Shown one piece after another: positions 40,016 to 47,701 of a stretch of 64,000 bases of DNA; positions within the stretch are counted from its first letter, which is position 1; each line of letters starts with the position of its first letter. The notes under the pieces were generated by a model. That model saw only the letters and a program-made list of their open reading frames with translations, was not told the origin of the DNA and did no database searches. The stretch comes from a virus, in the IMG/VR virus record IMGVR_UViG_3300045988_129382, positions 64,001 through 128,000 of that record; one strand, written 5' to 3'. Position numbers and translations under genes: made by a program.

Positions 40016-41218
40016 ATGAGTGAAGAAATGTTATTAGATGATATTAATGAGTTTGATAGTGTATTAGGTTTAGATGATAATACTGATAGTGGTGTAGAGG
40101 ATTCATTTGTTGATGAGTTTGCTAGTGAAGTACATATTTCCATTCCTACTAAAGAGATTAATACGATTTTAAATATCTCTAATGTATTAAAATCTAGTGG
40201 TGAGAATTCGTATGAGGGTAAACTGATTACATTTAGGGTAGAAGAAGGAAATGTTAGATTTATGCTTTCCGATAACAAACGTAGTATCTCTAAGTTTGTT
40301 AAACCTTTAAATAGTGAAAATCTTATTACAGATTTTATTTGTTTATCTTCTGGTTCTTTAGTACGAATTGTTAAGTTATGTGGTAGTGTGTTTACAGTTA
40401 TTGAGCGTACTGTTGAATCTGATGGTGGTGTTAATAAAGAGTACACGATTGCAGTTCATGGTGGTGAGGTTCGTGTAGATAATTACAATTCGGATGAATC
40501 TAGGTTTAATCATACATATGATGATTCTTATAGTAACACATCTAATAGGGAAAATTTAATCTCTTATATTAAGAGGTTATTTAATTATTCTCAAACAGCT
40601 GGAGGTAGAAGTCGTTTCTTATCATTTAAAGATAACACAATTACAGTAGAGTCTTATAATAACATGGCAAAATTGACATGTGATGATAACTTTGGTAGTG
40701 GATTTAGATTACATTTAGCTGATTGTAAGTTGTTAGCGTTATTATCTAATTCTGATAGTGGTGATAATATTTCATTTAATGCTAAGGGTGATTTGTACTG
40801 TGGTGATACATTTGTATTCAAAACAGAGGCTTTTACACTAGAGGATAACTCTATTCAACAATCTGTATATGGACGTATGGTGGTTGATAATAAGTGTGAT
40901 GTTTCTTTAGACCATTTACGTAAAATTATCGATTTAGCTTGTAACTTGCCTGAAACTACAGGTGATATTAATGTTACTTTTGGTGATAGTGTTTCTATTG
41001 AAATTGTTTCACGAAGAGGTAATTCAGTTATTAAATTAGATGCTTTAGATGTTAGTGGTATTTTTGACATTGGTTCAATCTCAATGAGTGCTAATGCAAT
41101 TAAACAGGTACTAAGTACATTTAATGGTTTCGACATTGCTACTTTGAGGTTAAGTCTTGATGGTGTAGCTTTAGATAACGAAGTTGTTAGTTCCTTTATT
41201 TTAAAGAAAGCTTTCTAG
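40016..41218 (+). CDS. Hypothetical protein, possibly a sliding-clamp (DnaN-like) protein
   Basis: ATG at 40016 after an AAGAGGTG RBS. About 400 aa with an acidic N-terminal tail. Size, repetitive beta-rich pattern and the nearby clamp-loader-like gene suggest a clamp. No sharp motif. Confidence 0.3.
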   Translation: MSEEMLLDDINEFDSVLGLDDNTDSGVEDSFVDEFASEVHISIPTKEINTILNISNVLKSSGENSYEGKLITFRVEEGNVRFMLSDNKRSISKFVKPLNSENLITDFICLSSGSLVRIVKLCGSVFTVIERTVESDGGVNKEYTIAVHGGEVRVDNYNSDESRFNHTYDDSYSNTSNRENLISYIKRLFNYSQTAGGRSRFLSFKDNTITVESYNNMAKLTCDDNFGSGFRLHLADCKLLALLSNSDSGDNISFNAKGDLYCGDTFVFKTEAFTLEDNSIQQSVYGRMVVDNKCDVSLDHLRKIIDLACNLPETTGDINVTFGDSVSIEIVSRRGNSVIKLDALDVSGIFDIGSISMSANAIKQVLSTFNGFDIATLRLSLDGVALDNEVVSSFILKKAF

Positions 41219-41221
41219 CAT

Positions 41222-42391
41222 ATGTTAATGACAAATAATTATAGCGATGCTTTTGAAGATTTCGCTATAAAAAATGGTCGAGATATTTTCACGATATATA
41301 ACGATACTAATACAACAGATGAAGAGAGAGAAAGATTAGTTGAATGGTTATTTAACTTAATTCGTTCTAGAGATAATGCAGTTCCTTTGCATATGTGGAG
41401 TGATGATATATTCAATAAGATAGTATCTAGTTTATGTGATATTGATACAAATGTAACATATCAAGATGGTGCATACAGTCTTAATAATATAGGTGCTAAT
41501 ATACTAACACAATTCTTTCCAGAAATTTTAGATGTTGTAAAGAGTGGTAAGGCAAGTCCTAGAGATTTCTTTAAAGATGATAAAAGACTTCTTGGGTATT
41601 GTAAGACTGTTCTAAAGTATTGCACTAGTCCTTTAGAGATGTTTAAAATGATGTCTTTTAGAGGTTCTAGTAGGTGTTATAATTTCAGACCAGCAACAGC
41701 TAAGGCTCTTTATGAGTTATATGGTAAAGAAAACTCTAAGGTGTTGGATACATCAAGTGGTTTTGGTGGTAGATTGTTAGGTTTCTTTACAGCTAAAAAC
41801 ACAGCTGAGTATGTAGGTATAGACCCAAACACAGCAGATAGCTGTAATAAGTTTATTGAGTTTATGCAGATGCGTTTTGGGATTAATAAAAAAGCATATG
41901 TTAATAGGATAGGTTCAGAGGATTTCACAGTAGAGAATTATCCTCAATATGAGAACTATTTTGATATAAGCTTTACATCACCGCCATACTTTAATATAGA
42001 ACGATATTCTGATGATATAACACAATCACATGTCAAATTTAACACATATGATGCGTGGATAGATGGGTTTTATCGGAATACAATTTATAATAGTTGTAAC
42101 TCACTAAAACTTGATGGTGTTTTTGCAGTCAATATTAGTTGGGTGGATAATATTAAAGAGTATACAGAAGAATTTCTTAATGATTGTGGCTTTTATATCA
42201 TTAAGGAAGATAAGTATCTTCTAAGAATTCACCCTAGAGAGAGTTCATATGGTAGTGATAAAATGTCTAAATATGAGCCAATATGGGTAGCTAAGCATTA
42301 TACTGAGTTGTTAAAAGATGGTATGATTACACGAGATAAAGCGGAAGAATGTTATCAACGAGTAAAATTTGGTAATAAGGGGGTATTATGA
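41222..42391 (+). CDS. DNA methyltransferase (amino-MTase, SPPY motif), paralog B
   Basis: Same motif I and SPPY motif IV as paralog A. The N- and C-terminal regions have diverged. Confidence 0.7.
   Translation: MLMTNNYSDAFEDFAIKNGRDIFTIYNDTNTTDEERERLVEWLFNLIRSRDNAVPLHMWSDDIFNKIVSSLCDIDTNVTYQDGAYSLNNIGANILTQFFPEILDVVKSGKASPRDFFKDDKRLLGYCKTVLKYCTSPLEMFKMMSFRGSSRCYNFRPATAKALYELYGKENSKVLDTSSGFGGRLLGFFTAKNTAEYVGIDPNTADSCNKFIEFMQMRFGINKKAYVNRIGSEDFTVENYPQYENYFDISFTSPPYFNIERYSDDITQSHVKFNTYDAWIDGFYRNTIYNSCNSLKLDGVFAVNISWVDNIKEYTEEFLNDCGFYIIKEDKYLLRIHPRESSYGSDKMSKYEPIWVAKHYTELLKDGMITRDKAEECYQRVKFGNKGVL
41738..41992 (+). repeat. 255-bp block 100% identical to 39316-39570
   Basis: See the partner copy at 39316-39570. 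Confidence 0.9.
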
Positions 42392-42925
42392 GTGTTTCAG
42401 TTAAGGTAAATAACATTACTAATAACTTCTATTCTGATGAGTGGTATACTGAGGTTGAGACTGTTAAAAAGATGTATGATTTATTAGGTGTTAAGGAGGG
42501 GGGCAACAGTTCTATGTCCCTTTGATACTGATAAATCATTGTACGTTCAGTATGGTATAGAATGTGGTTATAATGTAATTTATAATATAAGAGATTTTCT
42601 TGATAGGGATGTAACATATGAGTTTGACTATGTGATTACAAACCCACCTTTCAGTGTTAAAGATGATGTTATTGAAAGATGTTTAGAGTATGGTAAACCT
42701 AGTATGTTGGTATTACCTATGGATTCTTTGGGTGGTGTAAAAAGACATTCATTGTTTAAATCCTTTAAGTCATTTCCTAAAGTATATATTCCTACAAGAC
42801 GAGTTAATTATGTTGATGTTAATGGTGTTAAACGTAAGGGTGCATGTTTTCATTCCATTTATATGCATTTTAATCACTTTAGTTCAAGTTCAATTATGTT
42901 AGAGTGTGAAGAAGATAGTCATTAA
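42388..42925 (+). pseudogene. Small N6-adenine-type DNA methyltransferase (NPPF motif) interrupted by a frameshift at a G6 tract
   Basis: The ATG at 42388 overlaps the upstream stop and opens 'MSVSVKVNNITNNFYSDEWYTEVETVKKMYDLLGVKEGG', which stops at 42517-19. The other frame continues 'ATVLCPFDTDKS...FDYVITNPPFS...'. Removing one G from GGGGGG (42498-42503) fuses the two frames. Confidence 0.6.
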
Positions 42926-43019
42926 AGTAAATAAATAATAACATTCATTTATTATTTGTATATATACCTTTAGGTGATATATTTTCATAATCAGTTAGTA
43001 ATTTCTAGAGGTTATTGTA

Positions 43020-43307
43020 ATGGATAGAGAAATGAATAGGTTATTGGGTTTCTTGGGTACTAATGTTGATAGCAATGTTGGTATTGATTGGACTTGGACT
43101 GAGCTAGTTAAACATGCTGAGCAAGGTGATAAATTCTCTTTGTATCGTTTAACTCAGTTAGCACGTCATTCTGAGCAACCTGAAGTTAAAAAATATGCGA
43201 CTGAAGCCGTTGAACGTATTGAAAAAATCGTTGAGGAAGCCGCTAAATTAGAAGCTAGTCAAGTTACTACTAAAAGTGGTATCTACTTATCTAGCGAAGA
43301 ACATTAA
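43020..43307 (+). CDS. Small hypothetical protein (monocistronic unit)
   Basis: 95-aa ORF followed by a strong terminator. Confidence 0.6.
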   Translation: MDREMNRLLGFLGTNVDSNVGIDWTWTELVKHAEQGDKFSLYRLTQLARHSEQPEVKKYATEAVERIEKIVEEAAKLEASQVTTKSGIYLSSEEH

Positions 43308-43320
43308 GATTCTTCTATTT

Positions 43321-43350
43321 GAGGTGTAGTGTTTTACTACACCTCTTTTT
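43321..43350 (+). terminator. Rho-independent terminator
   Basis: GAGGTGTAGT-gtttt-ACTACACCTC perfect 10-bp stem followed by TTTTT. Confidence 0.8.
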
Positions 43351-43352
43351 AG

Positions 43353-43382
43353 TTGTAATATTTTGTAGTGGTATGTTATAAT
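43353..43382 (+). promoter_or_regulatory. Promoter candidate with extended -10
   Basis: TTGTAA (43353-58), 18-nt spacer, TGtTATAAT (43374-82). Confidence 0.5.
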
Positions 43383-43402
43383 CACTTTGAGGTGGTGATT
43401 AT

Positions 43403-43666
43403 ATGAATATTTACATTTGTGATGTTCCTTTTGATAGGGATACTTTTATTAATGTTTCCTTAGATAAGGTCTATGAATATTATGATAAGATAGAAGACGC
43501 AGATGCTAGGTCTAAGAGATATAATGATATTAGTAATGAGATAGATTGTATCAATCAAGAGATATGTGTGTTGAAAGAAAAGGTTTTTGAATTAGAAAAA
43601 GAAAAGTATCGATTATTTGGTGATAATTCTTCATTTTTAGTTGATAATTTTTGTAATATTCTGTAA
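43403..43666 (+). CDS. Small hypothetical protein
   Basis: 87-aa ORF with a GAGGTGGTGA RBS. Confidence 0.6.
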   Translation: MNIYICDVPFDRDTFINVSLDKVYEYYDKIEDADARSKRYNDISNEIDCINQEICVLKEKVFELEKEKYRLFGDNSSFLVDNFCNIL

Positions 43667-43673
43667 ATTAAGG

Positions 43674-43702
43674 TTGACATAGTTTAGTAGTGGTGGTATA
43701 TT
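43674..43702 (+). promoter_or_regulatory. Near-consensus promoter candidate
   Basis: TTGACA (43674-79), 17-nt spacer, TATATT (43697-702). The -10 abuts the annotated ATG at 43703. Confidence 0.5.
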
Positions 43703-43939
43703 ATGTGTAACAGTAAAGACGATATGAAATTTACTGCAACATTCTCAGATGACGATAAAGGTAAAGATTTTAAAGTCGGATTAGAGAATGTTATCTCAAC
43801 AGATGGTGTAAGTACTTCTGTTGAGTATGATGTCTTAAAAAAAGATGTAGAGGCTAAAATGGATTCAGAGATTGGTTCTTTTAGTTACTCTACGGATAAA
43901 AAAACAAATATCAAGATAGAAATACCTACAAAGGGTTAA
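43703..43939 (+). CDS. Small hypothetical protein (true start may be the ATG at 43724)
   Basis: 78-aa ORF. The first ATG lies upstream of the transcription start predicted from the adjacent promoter. Confidence 0.5.
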   Translation: MCNSKDDMKFTATFSDDDKGKDFKVGLENVISTDGVSTSVEYDVLKKDVEAKMDSEIGSFSYSTDKKTNIKIEIPTKG

Positions 43940-43963
43940 TTAGTATTAAAAGGAGATTATATT

Positions 43964-44254
43964 ATGGAAGAGAAACAGTTATTAGAAAAAGTTAAGAGAT
44001 ATAAAGATTTAAAAAATAAAATCTCTATTCTTGAAGCGGAGGCTAAAGAGTTAAATAAAGAACTTAAAGATTCTTTACGTGAGAGTGGTAAAGAAGAGTT
44101 CATTATTGGCAGTTATGTTGTTAAGTTACAATCTATCTCTAAAGATAGATTTAATTCAAAACAATTCAAGAATGAAAACTCTTTCTTGTATTCTAAATAT
44201 GTGTCTACTGTAAATGAAGAGCGATTACAGGTTACTGGAGGGGATATTTTGTAA
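43964..44254 (+). CDS. Small hypothetical coiled-coil protein
   Basis: 96-aa ORF with an AAAGGAGA RBS. Confidence 0.6.
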   Translation: MEEKQLLEKVKRYKDLKNKISILEAEAKELNKELKDSLRESGKEEFIIGSYVVKLQSISKDRFNSKQFKNENSFLYSKYVSTVNEERLQVTGGDIL

Positions 44255-44263
44255 ATTAAGCAC

Positions 44264-44292
44264 TTTACAAAACTTAATTTATAATATATAAT
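44264..44292 (+). promoter_or_regulatory. Promoter candidate for the ncRNA/tRNA cluster
   Basis: TTTACA (44264-69), 17-nt spacer, TATAAT (44287-92). An 8-bp inverted repeat AAATTAAG/CTTAATTT flanks the -35. Confidence 0.5.
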
Positions 44293-44551
44293 AACATATG
44301 TAATTGTGGTACGAGACATAATTATAACCGTGGGACACATGGGGGTAGCCTATTGTCTGGTTGTAAGACTTTTTTAAAATGATATTAAAAGAGCGAACCA
44401 TTGGGTATGAACATCTATTGACTTAGAAGTTAATAGGTGATGTCAGAAGCTAGGGTGTACTTTATACTATCACATTGTACACGTACAGGATTAATCTTAT
44501 AGGTTTGTAGTTACCTTGATTTCACTAGCTATTCAGAAAACTACTATGCAT

Positions 44552-44598
44552 GGTTCTATTGGTTAGGCAATTTAGAAGTTCAATTCTTCTTAGAACCA
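44552..44598 (+). ncRNA. tRNA-like minihelix lacking D and anticodon arms
   Basis: GGTTCTA (44552-58) pairs with TAGAACC (44591-97). T-arm AGAAG-TTCAATT-CTTCT (44574-90) has a T-loop-like TTCAATT. A 15-nt linker and discriminator A98 complete it. No CCA is encoded. Confidence 0.3.
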
Positions 44599-44628
44599 CA
44601 ATTAAAGTCCACTCTCATGATGTGTAGA

Positions 44629-44774
44629 TTGCGATATACTAGTGAGATATGGTCGGTGTTGACTTATCATCGAAAACAGCTGAAACACTGCAGGGTTTGT
44701 GGCTATAATGTCTTAGTTTTCATATGTCCTCATTATGGGTTCGACTCCCATATCGCCGGCATAGAGCTGGCGAT
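44629..44774 (+). ncRNA. Candidate structured RNA with a tRNA-like T-arm
   Basis: T-arm ATGGG-TTCGACT-CCCAT (44735-51). The following ATCGCCG can pair with TTGCGAT (44629-35; 6 of 7 positions pair, one a G-U wobble). Alternatively it forms the GC-rich hairpin TCGCCGGC-ataga-GCTGGCGA (44753-73). Confidence 0.25.
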
Positions 44775-44844
44775 GGATGACGTGTGTTCGCAAAACGCAT
44801 AGTAGTGTGTTGTCATCGTGAGGACGAATTCTAATATTTTTTAT

Positions 44845-44932
44845 GGAAAGGTGTCCGAGTGGTTTATGGTGACGGCCTTGAAAACCGTTGCACAGAGATG
44901 TGCCGTAGGTTCGAATCCTATCCTTTCCGCCA
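44845..44932 (+). tRNA. tRNA-Ser (anticodon UGA), CCA encoded
   Basis: Acceptor GGAAAGG/CCTTTCC; anticodon loop CTTGAAA; long variable arm; T-arm TAGG-TTCGAAT-CCTA; ends GCCA. Confidence 0.85.
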
Positions 44933-44933
44933 T

Positions 44934-45007
44934 AGGTCTTTAGTGTAGTGGTAACACGATAGGCTCCAAACCTATAAACAAGAGTTCGATTCTTTTAAGA
45001 CCTGCCA
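44934..45007 (+). tRNA. tRNA-Trp (anticodon CCA), CCA encoded
   Basis: Acceptor AGGTCTT/AAGACCT; D-arm GTGTAGTGGTAACAC; anticodon arm ATAGG-CTCCAAA-CCTAT; T-loop TTCGATT. Confidence 0.85.
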
Positions 45008-45017
45008 ACTTATATAT

Positions 45018-45109
45018 GGAGAGATGGTAGAGTGGCTTATTACACTTCCCTGCTAAGGAAGAGTGGGGATATATTTCCACCGTGGGTTCGAATCCCACTC
45101 TCTCCGCCA
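45018..45109 (+). tRNA. tRNA-Ser (anticodon GCU), CCA encoded
   Basis: Acceptor GGAGAGA/TCTCTCC; anticodon arm CTTCC-CTGCTAA-GGAAG; long variable arm; T-arm GTGGG-TTCGAAT-CCCAC. Confidence 0.85.
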
Positions 45110-45113
45110 ATAT

Positions 45114-45190
45114 GGCTCTATAGCTCAGGTGGATAGAGCAATGGTTTCCTAAACCATGTGTCACTGGTTCAACTCCAGTTAGGGCCACCA
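45114..45190 (+). tRNA. tRNA-Arg (anticodon CCU), CCA encoded
   Basis: Acceptor GGCTCTA/TAGGGCC; D-arm GCTC-AGGTGGATA-GAGC; anticodon arm ATGGT-TTCCTAA-ACCAT; T-arm ACTGG-TTCAACT-CCAGT. Confidence 0.85.
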
Positions 45191-45195
45191 TATAT

Positions 45196-45270
45196 GAACT
45201 CTTAGCTCAGGGGGAGAGCAGGTGACTCATAATCTCCAGGTCGGTGGTTCAAACCCACCAGGGTTCACCA
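45196..45270 (+). tRNA. tRNA with CAU anticodon (elongator Met or Ile2-type), CCA encoded
   Basis: Acceptor GAACTCT/AGGGTTC; D-arm GCTC-AGGGGGA-GAGC; anticodon loop CTCATAA with one T-T mismatch in the stem; T-arm GGTGG-TTCAAAC-CCACC. It lacks the three G-C pairs typical of an initiator tRNA. Confidence 0.8.
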
Positions 45271-45281
45271 AATTAAGTTTT

Positions 45282-45304
45282 GCATACTTCTTCAAAAAGT
45301 ATGC
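45282..45304 (+). other. Hairpin between tRNA genes (possible processing signal)
   Basis: GCATACTT-cttcaaa-AAGTATGC 8-bp stem with no T-run. Confidence 0.35.
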
Positions 45305-45310
45305 GTACAT

Positions 45311-45397
45311 GCCTGTATGGTGAAATTGGCAAACACGGCAGACTTAGAATCTGTTGAGGTAACACTCTTGTAGGTTCAACTCCTACTACAGGCACCA
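45311..45397 (+). tRNA. tRNA-Leu (anticodon UAG), CCA encoded
   Basis: Acceptor GCCTGTA/TACAGGC; anticodon arm GCAGA-CTTAGAA-TCTGT; long variable arm; T-arm GTAGG-TTCAACT-CCTAC. Confidence 0.85.
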
Positions 45398-45434
45398 TTT
45401 ATACATTATGTTATTAATAGAGAGGATACTAAAG

Positions 45435-45827
45435 ATGGAAAGAATTACAATTTTTAAGGGGTTTACTATTCCAGTTATTATTAAGGTTGATGAAAAGCAA
45501 CAAGTAATTACAGCATATAATACTAATTGTGAGTATCTAGCCGAAAATGCTTTTTATAAACTAATGCAAGGAAAATCTCAGATTGTTTATTTTGATTTCA
45601 AACCTAAGTTCTTTGATAATTTGAGATTAAAGAGTACATATAAAGCTAAAGCACGTTGTCATGATGGTGATGTGTTTGATGTTAATGTTGGTAAGGAAAT
45701 TGCAAAAGAAAAATTAGCTAACAAGCTAAGAAATTCCATTAAAAAGCGTATTGATGCAATTTTATTGCAACAGGCTATGTTGCAGAATGGTGTTGTATCT
45801 AGTAATGGTTATAAAGAATTACAGTAA
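45435..45827 (+). CDS. Hypothetical protein
   Basis: ATG at 45435 after an AGAGAGGA RBS. Followed by a terminator. Confidence 0.55.
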   Translation: MERITIFKGFTIPVIIKVDEKQQVITAYNTNCEYLAENAFYKLMQGKSQIVYFDFKPKFFDNLRLKSTYKAKARCHDGDVFDVNVGKEIAKEKLANKLRNSIKKRIDAILLQQAMLQNGVVSSNGYKELQ

Positions 45828-45843
45828 AATATTATAAATGTGT

Positions 45844-45877
45844 AGAGTGTATGTAGAGATATGTACACTCTTTTTTA
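45844..45877 (+). terminator. Rho-independent terminator
   Basis: AGAGTGTA / TACACTCT stem followed by TTTTTT. Confidence 0.7.
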
Positions 45878-45906
45878 TTATATAATAGGTGAGAGGTATT
45901 TTCAGT

Positions 45907-46173
45907 ATGATGTGTTTAGTGATTGCAAGAGATAGAAATGTAAAGTTAGATAGTAAATATACAATTAAAGATGCTATTGAACAGGTAGAGATGTTAGGTA
46001 ACAAGATGAATTTAAAAGGCACATTGCGTTACTATGGTTTGTCTTATGTTGAAGATAGGTCTTTCTTTTCTAAATATAAAGATGATTTTAATTTAAAAGA
46101 TATGAGGTCTTTATATAATCTAACTTTGGGTGAGTTGTGTAATTATAAGGATAGGTTAATCTATTCAGAATAG
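45907..46173 (+). CDS. Small hypothetical protein
   Basis: ATG at 45907 after a GGTGAGAGG RBS. Confidence 0.55.
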   Translation: MMCLVIARDRNVKLDSKYTIKDAIEQVEMLGNKMNLKGTLRYYGLSYVEDRSFFSKYKDDFNLKDMRSLYNLTLGELCNYKDRLIYSE

Positions 46174-46180
46174 GGGTTCT

Positions 46181-46435
46181 ATGATTCAAGTTGGTGATAG
46201 GGTAGAGCATAATACATTTGTATCTTTCATTGGTGAGGTTGTTGAGATTAGACCTTATAAAGATGAAACAAGTGTAGCTGTTAGAAATGATGAGGGCAAT
46301 ATTTTTTGGGACGATATCGCTACATGGGATTTAATACCTGACACAGTTATACACTATGGTAAAATTGACGATGATTTTGATGGTGAGACTATTGACGTAG
46401 AAGCTGTTATCGACTTAGGTAGTTTAGAGGGGTAG
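46181..46435 (+). CDS. Small hypothetical protein
   Basis: 84-aa ORF with an AGGGG RBS. Confidence 0.55.
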   Translation: MIQVGDRVEHNTFVSFIGEVVEIRPYKDETSVAVRNDEGNIFWDDIATWDLIPDTVIHYGKIDDDFDGETIDVEAVIDLGSLEG

Positions 46436-46525
46436 TCATCTACTTTATATATACTCTTAGCGAACATACGATATAAGAAATTATATTTTAATATATTATT
46501 AAGGTACAAAGGGGAAGTAACATAT

Positions 46526-47173
46526 ATGAGTGATGTTATCTCAGATGTTACTAACAATATAACGAATACAGCTAAGATTGTAGGGTATGTGGTTAGTAGT
46601 CCAGAAATTCATCATAGTACACATGGTGAAGACTTCTATGAGTTCTCAGTAAGAGTTCCTAGATTAAATAGTAGTGCATCAGATATCATCAGAGTTGAAA
46701 TTTCTGATAGGGTATATGATGTTAATAAGATAGATAAAGATGCTATCGTTTCTATTGAAGGTCAGTTTAGGTCATTCAATGAGCATAATAGCGAAACAGG
46801 TAAAATCTCTTTACGTTTATTCTTATTCACTAAGGATATTGAGATTTTAGATTCTGTAGAAGAGTTTACAAATAAAATTACTTTAAGAGGTTTTATTTGT
46901 AAAGATGTAGTACATCGTAGGACTCCTGGTGGTAGGGAGATTTCAGATGTTATATTATCAGTAAATAGATTATATAGTAAGTCTGATTACATTCCTTGTG
47001 TTGTATGGGGAAGAAATTCTAAATACGTTTATAAGATGGATGTTGGTACTGAAGTTGAGTTTGTAGGTAGGATTCAATCAAGGGTATATACTAAGAAGTT
47101 TAACGATGGTTCTGCAATAGAGCGTGAGGTATATGAGGTGTCAGTATCTGACGTTACTAAAATTAGTGATTAA
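46526..47173 (+). CDS. Hypothetical protein, possibly a tandem OB-fold (SSB/PriB-like) protein
   Basis: Two similar halves ('AKIVGYVVSSPEIHHSTHGEDFYEFSVRV' and 'ITLRGFICKDVVHRRTPGGREISDVILSV') resemble OB-fold SSB N-termini. Confidence 0.35.
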   Translation: MSDVISDVTNNITNTAKIVGYVVSSPEIHHSTHGEDFYEFSVRVPRLNSSASDIIRVEISDRVYDVNKIDKDAIVSIEGQFRSFNEHNSETGKISLRLFLFTKDIEILDSVEEFTNKITLRGFICKDVVHRRTPGGREISDVILSVNRLYSKSDYIPCVVWGRNSKYVYKMDVGTEVEFVGRIQSRVYTKKFNDGSAIEREVYEVSVSDVTKISD

Positions 47174-47189
47174 TTGAGGGGTTATATTT

Positions 47190-47687
47190 ATGAGTAGCAT
47201 ATTATCAGATGCTGTGGATTACAGTAGTAAAGTGATGCTAATACGTGGATATGCTTCATATTATACAGATGATGATTTAGTTAAAATTTTCAAAGTAGAT
47301 TCTTTGTATGAGATATTACACAATAATACTTATGAGGAGATTAGAACTAAGCTTTCAACAACATTAACAAATGTAAGAGATGGAATTTTTGATATTGGGG
47401 ATGTTGTTACTATAAAGAAGCCTATTAAGTTTGATGGTTCGTATAAAACTGTTAAAGGTGTTATTATTGGTAAGCATGTGAGATATCGAGATGAGAATCT
47501 AAAAGATTATTATACTGAGTTTGATATTATAGTACAGAGTGGTATTTATAATGATGGTTATAGTTATACCATTTACAGGGAAACAGAAGAGTATTTACGT
47601 TTAGAGAGTAAGGATATCGTAAATAAACTATACTTGCAGGATACATTAAAACGGATTAGTAGGATTGATGTTGAAGTGTTAGTATAG
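47190..47687 (+). CDS. Hypothetical protein
   Basis: 165-aa ORF with a GAGGGG RBS. Confidence 0.55.
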   Translation: MSSILSDAVDYSSKVMLIRGYASYYTDDDLVKIFKVDSLYEILHNNTYEEIRTKLSTTLTNVRDGIFDIGDVVTIKKPIKFDGSYKTVKGVIIGKHVRYRDENLKDYYTEFDIIVQSGIYNDGYSYTIYRETEEYLRLESKDIVNKLYLQDTLKRISRIDVEVLV

Positions 47688-47701
47688 TAGGGGTTGTTTC
47701 G

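Noticed and set aside
44341-44761. tmRNA (or permuted two-piece tmRNA) hypothesis for the non-coding region
   Set aside because: The T-arm GGGTTCGACTCCC resembles the tmRNA and tRNA T-arms, but there is no GGGG...CCCC-ACCA acceptor pairing. There is also no G3:U70 alanine identity pair (the candidate stem has U3:G70), no GGAUUCGAC-like 5' motif, and no recognisable tag reading frame ending in a hydrophobic ..LAA-type tail.
44617-45191. ORFs 44617-44802 (+) and 44940-45191 (-) as protein genes
   Set aside because: The first has no RBS and runs through the T-arm and hairpin structures. The second is antisense to four tRNA genes.
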